This document shows, one piece after another, positions 32,542 through 41,485 of a stretch of DNA of 48,998 nt (position 1 is the stretch's first letter; each line of letters begins with the position of its first letter). The position numbers were made by a program, and so were the translations under genes. A model generated the notes under the pieces. It did not search any database. It saw only the letters and a program-made list of their open reading frames with translations, and was not told the origin of the DNA. The stretch spans positions 1 through 48,998 of the forward strand of contig VXOY01000005.1 of NCBI GenBank assembly GCA_009839835.1. The letters run 5' to 3'. The DNA is from Candidatus Spechtbacteria bacterium SB0662_bin_43. GTDB taxonomy: Bacteria > Patescibacteriota > Minisyncoccia > Spechtbacterales > 2-12-FULL-38-22.

Positions 32542-32778
32542 ATGTGTATGTCAAGAAAAATAGAGATAAAAAATCAAGACATCAACGCTCTACTCAACAT
32601 TCAAAGTCCTGTATTCCCAAAATATGCGACGCAAATCCTCAATCTCGCGAATAGAAACGCTCAAGGAACAAGGCCCAAAATAGTTGGAAATATGAGTGAG
32701 TTGATACAAGAATTTCCAGGAATAACGATTGAGGAATGGAAGATATGTGGTACATTCAAAAACAAACACACTCTATAG
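32542..32778 (+). pseudogene. truncated N-terminal fragment resembling MjaI-family type II restriction endonuclease
   Basis: FPKYATQILNLANRNAQGTRPKIVGNMSELIQEF resembles (from memory, unverified) the N-terminal block of RE_MjaI proteins. The ORF stops after 78 aa inside a terminator palindrome, whereas full-length members are, as I recall, more than twice that length. Confidence 0.3.
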
Positions 32779-32793
32779 AGTGTGTTTGTTTTT
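32758..32793. terminator. perfect 36-nt palindrome (bidirectional terminator)
   Basis: aaaaacaaacacactcta/tagagtgtgtttgttttt, with A- and T-runs built in. Confidence 0.6.
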
Positions 32794-32810
32794 GAACTTG
32801 ACTTTGTTTG

Positions 32811-33905
32811 TTAGTTTAACATTGGTACAAAATCAATCCATCCTTCAAAGCAATTATATTCTAAGTTCCCGACTTCGCGGTAACAATTCAAAGCTTGTTG
32901 TTCTAATTTGCGTTGTTCTTGTTTCTCATCATATCCTTCAGGATATGTAGTACCAGAACTGGTTGTTCTTGCTGGTGAGAGTGATGAACCATTGTTGTTC
33001 TGATTATTTCGTTCACTAACTCTTACTGGGTCTCGTACAACCGTTGGTTGTGTTTGTCGTGGGGTTATAGCCCAAAATGAATCAGCGCTGTCAAGAATGT
33101 AATAGGTTGTTCGGCTACTATCCCCAGAGTATCGTACGTTAAACTCACTTGCTTCTTGCTCCCAACGAATACCTGGTGTTAGTTGATTTTGTTCACACAA
33201 TTCGTGAAGGGCAATATAGGAACTGTGAAATATAATCTCTACGCCCTTTTGTTCATCATCACCATAATCTTGGTATCCTGTTGGTATTCCTGTGTATGGG
33301 CGTAATACCGTTGTTCCATCAGTGTCGTATATAGGTGATTTATAATCACACGCATCCGTTTGTCTACTGTTGAGTATAAGATACAATCTATCTTTTTCTG
33401 CTTGCTTCTCTTCGTCTGTTAGGCTTAGATAATCTTTATTATCTATGTCATCGTATGCTGCGTTTAATTCTGTACTGTATTGCCAGAACCCTTTGTTTCC
33501 AGCAATCGGATTGATATAAATCCTTCTACTCATTCCAGTGTAAGAAGTTGTTGTACCTGATGTGTCATACCTTACTCTTTCATCTCCTACTTGGTATCCT
33601 CCTATATGGCTATAATCAGCAGCTCTACTCTCTGATTGAGCCGTTCTAAACTCAGCAGTTGCCTGATCAAATATGGTATGCAACTCTGCTAACCAATCTA
33701 AAGTCTTCTTTATTCGTGCTGCGTCATATCCATTATTTACAGTCAGGCTATAAGTTCCACCATCTGTCTTTGGTTCAATATAGCAGTAATCATTGGTAGA
33801 AATATGTGTAGGACACGCCTCTACATGATAATGGTCTGGGTCATTTGTATCAGTGTGTGCTACTGCTTTTGAAACATTAAAAAAATATACCGCTCCTACT
33901 GCCAT
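32811..33905 (-). CDS. hypothetical secreted protein (364 aa as drawn)
   Basis: Long ORF with no family recognised. The N-terminus as drawn carries only half a signal peptide (see the (TA)7 finding). Confidence 0.5.
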   Translation of the reverse strand: MAVGAVYFFNVSKAVAHTDTNDPDHYHVEACPTHISTNDYCYIEPKTDGGTYSLTVNNGYDAARIKKTLDWLAELHTIFDQATAEFRTAQSESRAADYSHIGGYQVGDERVRYDTSGTTTSYTGMSRRIYINPIAGNKGFWQYSTELNAAYDDIDNKDYLSLTDEEKQAEKDRLYLILNSRQTDACDYKSPIYDTDGTTVLRPYTGIPTGYQDYGDDEQKGVEIIFHSSYIALHELCEQNQLTPGIRWEQEASEFNVRYSGDSSRTTYYILDSADSFWAITPRQTQPTVVRDPVRVSERNNQNNNGSSLSPARTTSSGTTYPEGYDEKQEQRKLEQQALNCYREVGNLEYNCFEGWIDFVPMLN

Positions 33906-33916
33906 AAGAGCAATGA

Positions 33917-33931
33917 ATATATATATATATA
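33917..33931. repeat. (TA)7 tract (15 nt, TATATATATATATAT on the minus strand)
   Basis: Counted directly. It lies between upstream ATG 33959-33961 and ATG 33903-33905. Confidence 0.95.
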
Positions 33932-34088
33932 AGATACTGAGATTATTGATACGTTTTTCATTTTAAATTTGAATTATTATACATATATCATACCACTATT
34001 ATTACTCAGAGGCAACCCCTGCTCTTGATATCCACAAGCGCGTGTAGTATAAAAATAACACACAACCCATGCAATGAAAGGAGCTACG

Positions 34089-34403
34089 ATGTTTGAGAAA
34101 GAAGAAATTCTTCTTGAGCTGATGGTAAACAGACATGAAGTGTTCCGTCCAGGCGGAACACTTGCAGAAAGGCATTACTACTCTACTTACGCGCTCAGCT
34201 GGATAGAACTCTATCACGCAAACGGCACTATAGCCAAAACAGAGTTCTATCGCCTGCCGTGTCACACACTTTCTTCGCAAAATTTCTACCAACCCGATGG
34301 CACACTGATGATGCGGTGCACTTACTACTCTGATGGCACACCTCGTCAGACTATTTTCTATGACCGTCACGGTTTCATCAAAAAAGTAATCGCATTCTAC
34401 TAA
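34089..34403 (+). CDS. MORN-variant/YwqK-like repeat protein (104 aa)
   Basis: AAAGGAG lies 5 nt upstream of the ATG at 34089. Repeats such as FRPGGTL.E, YHANGTI, YQPDGTL and YYSDGTP. Chosen over the antisense 181-aa ORF. Confidence 0.5.
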   Translation: MFEKEEILLELMVNRHEVFRPGGTLAERHYYSTYALSWIELYHANGTIAKTEFYRLPCHTLSSQNFYQPDGTLMMRCTYYSDGTPRQTIFYDRHGFIKKVIAFY

Positions 34404-34413
34404 CTTCATACAA

Positions 34414-34446
34414 AAAGACCTTCCAAAAACAAGGTCTTTTCTTTTT
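34414..34446 (+). terminator. intrinsic terminator
   Basis: Stem AAAGACCUU/AAGGUCUUU followed by UCUUUUU. Confidence 0.65.
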
Positions 34447-34491
34447 GCTTCAGAATCAGATTTCCAACTCATTGCTCTTTTTTCAAAAACA

Positions 34492-34510
34492 AAAACCCTG
34501 TGAGGGTTTT
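34492..34510. terminator. short bidirectional hairpin terminator
   Basis: Stem AAAACCCT/AGGGTTTT with flanking A- and T-runs, 24 nt downstream of the minus-strand gene end at 34534. Confidence 0.5.
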
Positions 34511-34533
34511 TGTTTGGATGATGCGTGTTCTTT

Positions 34534-34863
34534 TTAGCACTCGCCACCCATCATACATACATTGGTCTCTGCATCCCAAACAAAGTGCTCATAGGGTGTA
34601 TCAGTGCCGCGAAATTTCTTTTGTATTGCCCAACATTGCTCCTCTGTGATGCTACCACACGAAATTGCTGTACATGTTTCTTGAGAGCTATCAAAGAAAA
34701 AGCCAGGTGTTTCTTGGGTGATTACAGTACCACCTGTATCTTCACACAGCCCTTTTGCCTCCTTTGATTCTGAGAAAAAGGAATAGACAAGAAAAATAAT
34801 CAGGGCGGTAATACCGAAAGAAACAATGAATCGCAGAATGCGTTTTACGATATTGTTGTCCAT
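34534..34863 (-). CDS. small Cys-rich secreted/anchored protein (109 aa)
   Basis: N-terminal TM or signal segment. Six Cys residues in the C-terminal 70 aa. Promoter and terminator are present. Confidence 0.45.
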   Translation of the reverse strand: MDNNIVKRILRFIVSFGITALIIFLVYSFFSESKEAKGLCEDTGGTVITQETPGFFFDSSQETCTAISCGSITEEQCWAIQKKFRGTDTPYEHFVWDAETNVCMMGGEC

Positions 34864-34908
34864 AGAATAAGGTATAAATGCTTGTGCATATCAATAATAA
34901 TGCACAAT

Positions 34909-34937
34909 ACCATAATACAATATATATATAGTGTCAA
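34909..34937 (-). promoter_or_regulatory. promoter TTGACA-17-TATGGT with (TA)5 inside the spacer
   Basis: On the minus strand TTGACA lies at 34932-37 and TATGGT at 34909-14. The tract tatatatata occupies 34921-34930. Confidence 0.35.
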
Positions 34938-34956
34938 TGTAGCGTATCCACAAATT

Positions 34957-36120
34957 TCACATACTCAATACATCAACGGGAATCTTGATTATCTTATCGT
35001 CGCCCAGCAATGGATCTCCGCGTCCGTCTCGGTTGCTTGTTGTAATATAAAGTGCGTTCTCTGCTTCGTGGTAACGAACTGTGCGTATTCTACCAAATGT
35101 ATCTGTGTAGAATTTTTTCAGTGTGCCCGTATGTATGTTGTAACCGTATAATGCACTTCCTCGCAACCCTCCAAAAAAGAGAGTGTCGCCAACAAACGAA
35201 GCAGATGCAGGTGCCCATGTTTCACTTCCCGAATGCAATACTGGTGCTACAAATCCACTTTCTGTTTCACTCCCCTGTAATAGTGGCCAACCATAATTTG
35301 TACCAGGTTGAATTTTATTTATCTCATCTAACCCAGACAAAGAGCCAGATCTGCCGTGTTCTGTGCTCCAAAGCGTGCCATCTTTGTCCCATGCAAGCCC
35401 TTGAGGATTCCGGTGCCCAAGAGAAAATATAGCACTACCAAAAGGATTATTAGGCGCTGGAGCACCCTCATCAGTTACTCGCAGTATTTTTCCTGCAAGT
35501 GAGTTTCTGTCTTGTGAAATATTTGGAGTGGTCGCATCGCCCGTTGTTATATAAAGATATCCATCGGGACCAAAGTCTATCCGTCCGCCGTCGTGATATA
35601 TCGCTCCTGGTATAGTGTCTATAATAACTTTGTTGTTGGATAAATCAGTATCATGCAGAGTAAAACGTTCTACACGATTTATTGTACCCTGCTCTATCTG
35701 TTGCGTACTATAGAGATAAATATAATTATTTTCTTCAAATAACGGGTGAATTGCGACGCCGAGCAGTCCACCTTCTCCTCTGTGATGTGCGCCAACCTGC
35801 GTGATGTGAATACGGGTACCGTCCTTCCTTATTCTACTCAAGGTACCGTTTCGTTCTGTTGCCACTATATCGCCATCAGGCAGAAACGCAATATCCCATG
35901 GTATTTCAAGGTTATCTGCAATAACTGTGTACGTATCAACATTATCCTTTGGCATTACATCCTTTGTTGATGGGCGTTGCGTATCTTGGATTTGCTCATT
36001 TTCTTGTGTATTTTGGCTCTGCTCATTTTCCTGCGCATCTTGACCAAACAACAACACCCCACCAACAACGGCAAAGATTATAAAAACGAATAAAAATAGA
36101 AAAAGAAAACGATTAGGCAT
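34957..36120 (-). CDS. PQQ-dependent sugar dehydrogenase (soluble glucose/sorbosone dehydrogenase family)
   Basis: IPWDIAFLPDG, GEGGLLGVAIHP, HDGGRI.FGPDGYLYITTGD, GKILR, LGHRNPQGLAWD and NYGWP. Confidence 0.8.
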   Translation of the reverse strand: MPNRFLFLFLFVFIIFAVVGGVLLFGQDAQENEQSQNTQENEQIQDTQRPSTKDVMPKDNVDTYTVIADNLEIPWDIAFLPDGDIVATERNGTLSRIRKDGTRIHITQVGAHHRGEGGLLGVAIHPLFEENNYIYLYSTQQIEQGTINRVERFTLHDTDLSNNKVIIDTIPGAIYHDGGRIDFGPDGYLYITTGDATTPNISQDRNSLAGKILRVTDEGAPAPNNPFGSAIFSLGHRNPQGLAWDKDGTLWSTEHGRSGSLSGLDEINKIQPGTNYGWPLLQGSETESGFVAPVLHSGSETWAPASASFVGDTLFFGGLRGSALYGYNIHTGTLKKFYTDTFGRIRTVRYHEAENALYITTSNRDGRGDPLLGDDKIIKIPVDVLSM

Positions 36121-36168
36121 TGCTTATAGTGTACATTTTTACTCTATAAAATGAGTATCTATATACAA

Positions 36169-37215
36169 TTATTTACTTTCTTTTTGTTGTTGCACGTACA
36201 TACTGCTTATCGTGCCGACGCTTGTTCCATAAGTATTTTCACATAATTTTACAAAAGGACTGACACTGAAAAACCCATCTATCAAAATATATGCCTCCCA
36301 CAATAAATCCTTTTCACTATTTTCCACTAAATTAACCTGAAGACCTACATTTTTCATATCATCATACATCAAAGGTCGTGTATGGCTTTTATGAATATTG
36401 TAATTGCCAAAATATGATGCAATTTTCTTTATACTCGTTCTCTTATTGCTAGAGTTCTTAAACATATAATCCGTTAACCATTTTTCTGCCAACTCTCTTG
36501 ATAAATCCTCTGCTTTCTCACATACCTCAAGTATGTCAATCGAATAATCTTCGATGAGAGGAATATATGCTGGTAAGCTCTCTACTCCATTATTTTTAAA
36601 TGATTCTTTCATCTTTTCAAAACCGTCTAATATAGATCGTGCAGGAACAAAGCGCATCCCATTCTTCGATGGAATTCCAACTTGAGGATCTACTGGGCCC
36701 AATGTAGCACTCGGGTGCATTGAAATACTATCACCAGATAGTGCAAGGAGTGTAGCTGCAGAATAAGCAGAATGTGGTATTAAAAAATGAACCTCCTCAA
36801 ATCTTTTGCGGAGTAGTTTTACTATTCTTTCTGTAGCATTTGCATCTCCACCAGGACTATGTAATAGAATATCTACACTTCTTACATTACTTTCTATAGA
36901 ATCTATTACATCAGTAAAATAACGAATATCTTGAATGTCTATATTATTAGGAGTACCAGGCAAAGCATTTTCTGTAAATCTTGACGCATAAACAATGAGT
37001 GGACGACCGCGTTGTTTTTCTATATCCTTATAACAATTGATCCTCAATTCTAATAATTCACTGGGGTTAATGCCTTGTTGACTTGCTGCCTGAATATAGT
37101 TTTGCCAATCTTTTGTATTTTTAAAAATTCTGCGTTGTTGATTTTTCCCCATAAATATTAATATCAAAATTAGAAGTGGTGGGCACAAAATGAATATGGG
37201 ATGGCTTTCGCTCAC
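36169..37215 (-). CDS. SDH-family Clp-fold serine protease
   Basis: DILLHSPGGDANATERIV...IPHSAYSAATLLALSGDSISM...LGPVDPQ matches (from memory) the serine dehydrogenase proteinase family. The start is uncertain (alternative Met at 37152). Confidence 0.65.
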   Translation of the reverse strand: MSESHPIFILCPPLLILILIFMGKNQQRRIFKNTKDWQNYIQAASQQGINPSELLELRINCYKDIEKQRGRPLIVYASRFTENALPGTPNNIDIQDIRYFTDVIDSIESNVRSVDILLHSPGGDANATERIVKLLRKRFEEVHFLIPHSAYSAATLLALSGDSISMHPSATLGPVDPQVGIPSKNGMRFVPARSILDGFEKMKESFKNNGVESLPAYIPLIEDYSIDILEVCEKAEDLSRELAEKWLTDYMFKNSSNKRTSIKKIASYFGNYNIHKSHTRPLMYDDMKNVGLQVNLVENSEKDLLWEAYILIDGFFSVSPFVKLCENTYGTSVGTISSMYVQQQKESK

Positions 37216-37445
37216 CCCTTAATTTATCTAATATATCAACCGTTGCCCTATATCTATCGTAAGCAACAAAGCTATTATTGAGCTTTTTAATGTTTTTCTT
37301 TCCTGCGATTTTTTCAACTATTCTTTTGCTGTTCTTCATAGTGAATTAATTGATATTAACTATACATCATATTTATATAATAACCTACCAACAGAAAAAA
37401 TCAATCAATACAACCTTTCTCTTTATGAAAATAATACATATTTTT

Positions 37446-38492
37446 TCACTGGTGGCGTCGCATTCTCCGAATCGTGTCTATGGTGTATGGAATCCAGTAT
37501 TTATGCGACACACGAATATCTTGTGCGTGAAGGTAGTCTTTTCCAATTCCTCCAAATCCCTTTTTGAACTTTGTAAGCCCAGCCCACGGATGGTGTGGGT
37601 TGGTGCTCTTTGTAATACCCCAAAAGTTATACATTGTTTTACCTGCGTGCTTTGCGTCTTGAATTGCCCTCCATTGCAATGCGTACGAAGATGGTATCTT
37701 TGTGTGGTGTGATGAGTTTGCACCGTGGTGATAGTACGCGTTATTGCCGTAGTAAATAATGATAGCAGAGGATAAAACGGTGTCGTTCCAACGTGCGGTA
37801 TAGAGTTTTGCATCTGATACTCCGCCCCTCTTTTTGAACTCATCTATCTCTGTTCGTAAAAAGGATCGCGCAAAAGGAGTAAAGTGATGTTTTTGAACTG
37901 TATCGTTGTACAGTCCCATAAATGAGTCCAAGTGCTCATCGTCTGTACTGGATTCAATAACTACCCCCTCTTTGTCTGCGCGCCTAATGAGATTTCGTGT
38001 TGTTTTGCGCATATCCAACAACAGATCTTTTTCTGTTTTTTCAAGCGGCAACATCCATGAGTTCTCAGCGTGCATATAGATTGGAGCACCTCTGTACCCT
38101 AACCGAGACACCAGTGTTTTGTTTTTTGGCGTATCCTCTAATAGAAAACTCACGCGGATAAAAGAAGTGCCACGTTGTATCGCCTCTTGTCGTAAAAAAT
38201 GCGAGATCTCCTTTATAACCTTTTGTACATCTGCGTTCTGTTTGAAAATGGGACCATGCGGCACAAACAAAAACGCACCCCGCTTTGCGCGAACAACAAT
38301 CGCTAAGAAAACAGCAATAAGGTTTGAATCCTCGTACACACCGATGCGAAGAATGTCTTCTTCGGTTTTCTTCTGCACCTCACCCCACGCCCAGGAGTGA
38401 AGAAATGAGTACGAATCTTGCTCTACAACGAACGAGTCCCATATAGTACTATTGTGAATTGGTTGAAGTCTCATACTATGTTGTAACAACAA
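37446..38492 (-). CDS. FemAB-family peptidoglycan interpeptide-bridge aminoacyltransferase
   Basis: FLHSWAWGE, the LRFL-type central region, and YYHHGANS...SYALQWRAI..AK..G...YNFWGI. Confidence 0.8.
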   Translation of the reverse strand: MLLQHSMRLQPIHNSTIWDSFVVEQDSYSFLHSWAWGEVQKKTEEDILRIGVYEDSNLIAVFLAIVVRAKRGAFLFVPHGPIFKQNADVQKVIKEISHFLRQEAIQRGTSFIRVSFLLEDTPKNKTLVSRLGYRGAPIYMHAENSWMLPLEKTEKDLLLDMRKTTRNLIRRADKEGVVIESSTDDEHLDSFMGLYNDTVQKHHFTPFARSFLRTEIDEFKKRGGVSDAKLYTARWNDTVLSSAIIIYYGNNAYYHHGANSSHHTKIPSSYALQWRAIQDAKHAGKTMYNFWGITKSTNPHHPWAGLTKFKKGFGGIGKDYLHAQDIRVSHKYWIPYTIDTIRRMRRHQ

Positions 38493-39717
38493 GATGTATG
38501 ATTATCTCTGCGTCTCGTTGTGTGGTGTGAATGTGTGTTGGTAAATTAACGACCCGTTCTGCAACCCACTCTGCAACAGGACACATTCCATCTCTGTACT
38601 GCATTTTTTCCTTATCTGTGCCAACTGGATCAATCACATTCTTATACCAATCGCCAAGAATGATGTGGCGTTTTTTTGCCTGTCGGATAAGGGTTGCCGC
38701 GTTATCGCACTGGATGGGGTATCGTAAAAAAATGTCCCCTTGTTTGGTTCTTGGCGTTGCGATTGCTGCTATACCTGAAAACGCATCAGCGTATAATCGT
38801 GCAATGTTCTGCCTGTGTGCATTAAAAAGTGATAACCTCTCAAACTGTGAAAAGGCAATGGCTGCTAAACTATTCGGTAACGTGCACGGAAAGTATGCGG
38901 GCATCTCTCCTTTTTTCTCGCCACTGGTCACTGCCTTTGAGAGCATCTTCGTCTTTTGTGCAATAACGAGTATGACTTTTCCAATACTGTACCGATAGAG
39001 CTTCAACGCAACAAAAGTAAGAGGAATGTGCAATAGTTGCTGAGCAATCCACCAATACGATGGTGTACTGCACTCCTCTTTATATGCAGTCTCAATACCT
39101 TCTTTGTGCTGTTTTTGCGCAACAACACCGCCACCATAAACTGATGAAATAACTTTATCCCTTCCAAAGCTGAATATGGCAACATCTCCAAATGAACCAA
39201 TATTTTTTTCGTTGTGCGTAGCACCCAGGGAATGAGCACAATCCTCTATGACAAGAATGTTGTTTTGTCGCGCTATACCTTGCAGAATCGCAATATCCGC
39301 GCTTATACCAAATGTATGCTGAAGAATGATTACCTTTGTTCTTTTTGTTATTTTTTTGCGCACATCTGCTGCCGAAAGGTTGTATGTATCCTCCTCAATA
39401 TCGCAATACACGGGCGTTGCGCCAACCCACAGGATAGGGTTGACAACCGCATTACACGAAAACGCTTGCAGTAGCACCTCATCACCCCTCTGAACACCTG
39501 CTCCTCTCAAGGCAACATACAACGCACTCCGTCCGCTATTGGTAAGATACACAGAGCCACCAAAGCGCGACTCCAGAGCCTTTGTGAGACGAGCAGTATA
39601 ATCTCCGTGTTTCCACCGCCAAAACAGGAAGAATAGACGAATACTCCTCCACACATCGCTCTTTTGAACATTAGGAGACAGTGAAATATGTAACACAATA
39701 CCATTGCTTACTATCAT
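38476..39717 (-). CDS. DegT/DnrJ/EryC1/StrS-family aminotransferase
   Basis: SGRSALY, DEV...AFSC.A, IEDCAHS.GA and FSFGRDK (PLP lysine). Confidence 0.8.
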   Translation of the reverse strand: MIVSNGIVLHISLSPNVQKSDVWRSIRLFFLFWRWKHGDYTARLTKALESRFGGSVYLTNSGRSALYVALRGAGVQRGDEVLLQAFSCNAVVNPILWVGATPVYCDIEEDTYNLSAADVRKKITKRTKVIILQHTFGISADIAILQGIARQNNILVIEDCAHSLGATHNEKNIGSFGDVAIFSFGRDKVISSVYGGGVVAQKQHKEGIETAYKEECSTPSYWWIAQQLLHIPLTFVALKLYRYSIGKVILVIAQKTKMLSKAVTSGEKKGEMPAYFPCTLPNSLAAIAFSQFERLSLFNAHRQNIARLYADAFSGIAAIATPRTKQGDIFLRYPIQCDNAATLIRQAKKRHIILGDWYKNVIDPVGTDKEKMQYRDGMCPVAEWVAERVVNLPTHIHTTQRDAEIIIHLVVTT

Positions 39718-39742
39718 ATTTTACCATACCCTGATTGGTACT

Positions 39743-41485
39743 CTATTTTTTCTTTTTGTCTTTTTTGTTCTTTTGATCTTTTGTTGCGTTTTGATTTTTC
39801 TTGTCCTTGGATTTCTCTGATCCATTACCGTTCTTCTTTGCCAACAAGCCTTGAGTGATGCTTGGGTTGATACGATTCTCAAGCAGAATGATGTCTTGTT
39901 TCTGCACCATTTCTTTGATATGTTGCACTACTTGGTCTGGTTTTGTAATACAGAGCATTTTATCTTTGTGCATACCGTGTTTTACTGCTTCTTCGTAAAG
40001 AATAGGAAAGTAATCTTGCGAAACAACGATACACGCATCACACACCTCCCCTATCTTTGCTCCGATATCCTTATGCGCTTTTTCTGCAATACTTCCTAAT
40101 TCAATAAGGGGAAGGAAAATCATAATTTTTTGCTTCCCTTGCATCCTTTGCAACACATCCAAGGCTGCGAACACGCCGTGCATATTTCCAGAATAACTAT
40201 CATCTATCACCAGAGATTCGTTCAAGCCATACAAAGGCTTCAACGTATGCTCTATTGACTCAATCTTCTTGATGCCTTGTCGTATCTCGTCAAAACTCAT
40301 ACCAACCTCCCGTGCAACAGTTATCGCGCCCATCAAATTGCTCACATTATGCTTACCCAATAAATCAGTGGTAATGGTTTCAGTTTTTTGTTTTTGTCCC
40401 TCACGCACTTTTATCTCCGTCCCTTTGTTGATATATTTTGTTGATTCAGCACGGACACCTGGAGCGTTCTTATCAACAAATGCGTTGCTTGCGTACAGTC
40501 GTTTTGGTTTTTCACACTGATAGAATAAATCTTTGACAATATCGTTATCACCATTGAACACTGCAAGTCCTTTTTCAGGCAGCGCTTCAATCAATTCATA
40601 CTTTGCTTTTTGTGTATTTTGCATACTCCCAAACAACGAGAGGTGCTGTGGTCCTATACCCGTAAGAACACCAATGGTTGGTTGAGCAATAGATGCAGTT
40701 GTGGCTATTTCTCCTTTTTTATATGCTCCCATTTCTGCAACAAAGATGTCGTACGAATTGTTCAAATCGTTCAGGATTGTTCGTGCAACACTCATCTCAG
40801 TGTTATTGTTCGCAACTGTTGTCAAAACTTTAAATCGCTCCGAGAGAAGTGCTACAATAAACTCTTTTGTGCTTGTTTTTCCATAACTACCTGTAATTCC
40901 AATAACGAGCAAACCCTTCATCTGTTCTCGTTTTCTGCGAGCCCCTTCTAATATGCGTCTCTTCATTATCCGTGCGATAGGCGTTGAGACAACAACCCCG
41001 ATTGAGCACAGCACAGGAGCCAAGAAGTCAATAGTAACCAATGCTACAAGGAGATAGGTGTTGTCAAACTGCAGTACTGCGGCGACAATACCAAGATGTA
41101 CGAGAGCAGAAACAACCAATACCATAGCAGCCCGAGACGTTATTTGTGGATAGTGTGTCTCTTTTCTTCGCACTTGCTCAAAGAAACGGAGAAGCATTAA
41201 GACATAGAATGCGAGAATGGCGACAGAAAGAGGCCAGTCTATAAACCAAAACCCTTGCCATAGTACCATCACAACGCTCATACAGAGCAGTGCAAGAGAC
41301 AACAAAAAACGTGCGTTCAAAATAGTTGCACGAGAAGATGGGAGCTCAAAGTACGCCGTCATTCTGTCCAACCGATACTCCTTTATTTGCCACACATAGG
41401 TCCAGAAAATAATGTTTTTCAACGCAGTCAGAACCCAAAAACCGAGAATGGCAAGATGGAGAAAAATAATGACATTATCGTTCAT
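39743..41485 (-). CDS. murF: Mur ligase (MurF-like) fused to an N-terminal polytopic membrane domain
   Basis: GITGSYGKTSTKE, EMGA....GEI and the D-Ala-D-Ala-adding-enzyme-like C-terminal domain. The first ~175 aa form ~5 TM segments. Lys-rich C-terminal tail. Confidence 0.75.
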   Translation of the reverse strand: MNDNVIIFLHLAILGFWVLTALKNIIFWTYVWQIKEYRLDRMTAYFELPSSRATILNARFLLSLALLCMSVVMVLWQGFWFIDWPLSVAILAFYVLMLLRFFEQVRRKETHYPQITSRAAMVLVVSALVHLGIVAAVLQFDNTYLLVALVTIDFLAPVLCSIGVVVSTPIARIMKRRILEGARRKREQMKGLLVIGITGSYGKTSTKEFIVALLSERFKVLTTVANNNTEMSVARTILNDLNNSYDIFVAEMGAYKKGEIATTASIAQPTIGVLTGIGPQHLSLFGSMQNTQKAKYELIEALPEKGLAVFNGDNDIVKDLFYQCEKPKRLYASNAFVDKNAPGVRAESTKYINKGTEIKVREGQKQKTETITTDLLGKHNVSNLMGAITVAREVGMSFDEIRQGIKKIESIEHTLKPLYGLNESLVIDDSYSGNMHGVFAALDVLQRMQGKQKIMIFLPLIELGSIAEKAHKDIGAKIGEVCDACIVVSQDYFPILYEEAVKHGMHKDKMLCITKPDQVVQHIKEMVQKQDIILLENRINPSITQGLLAKKNGNGSEKSKDKKNQNATKDQKNKKDKKKK

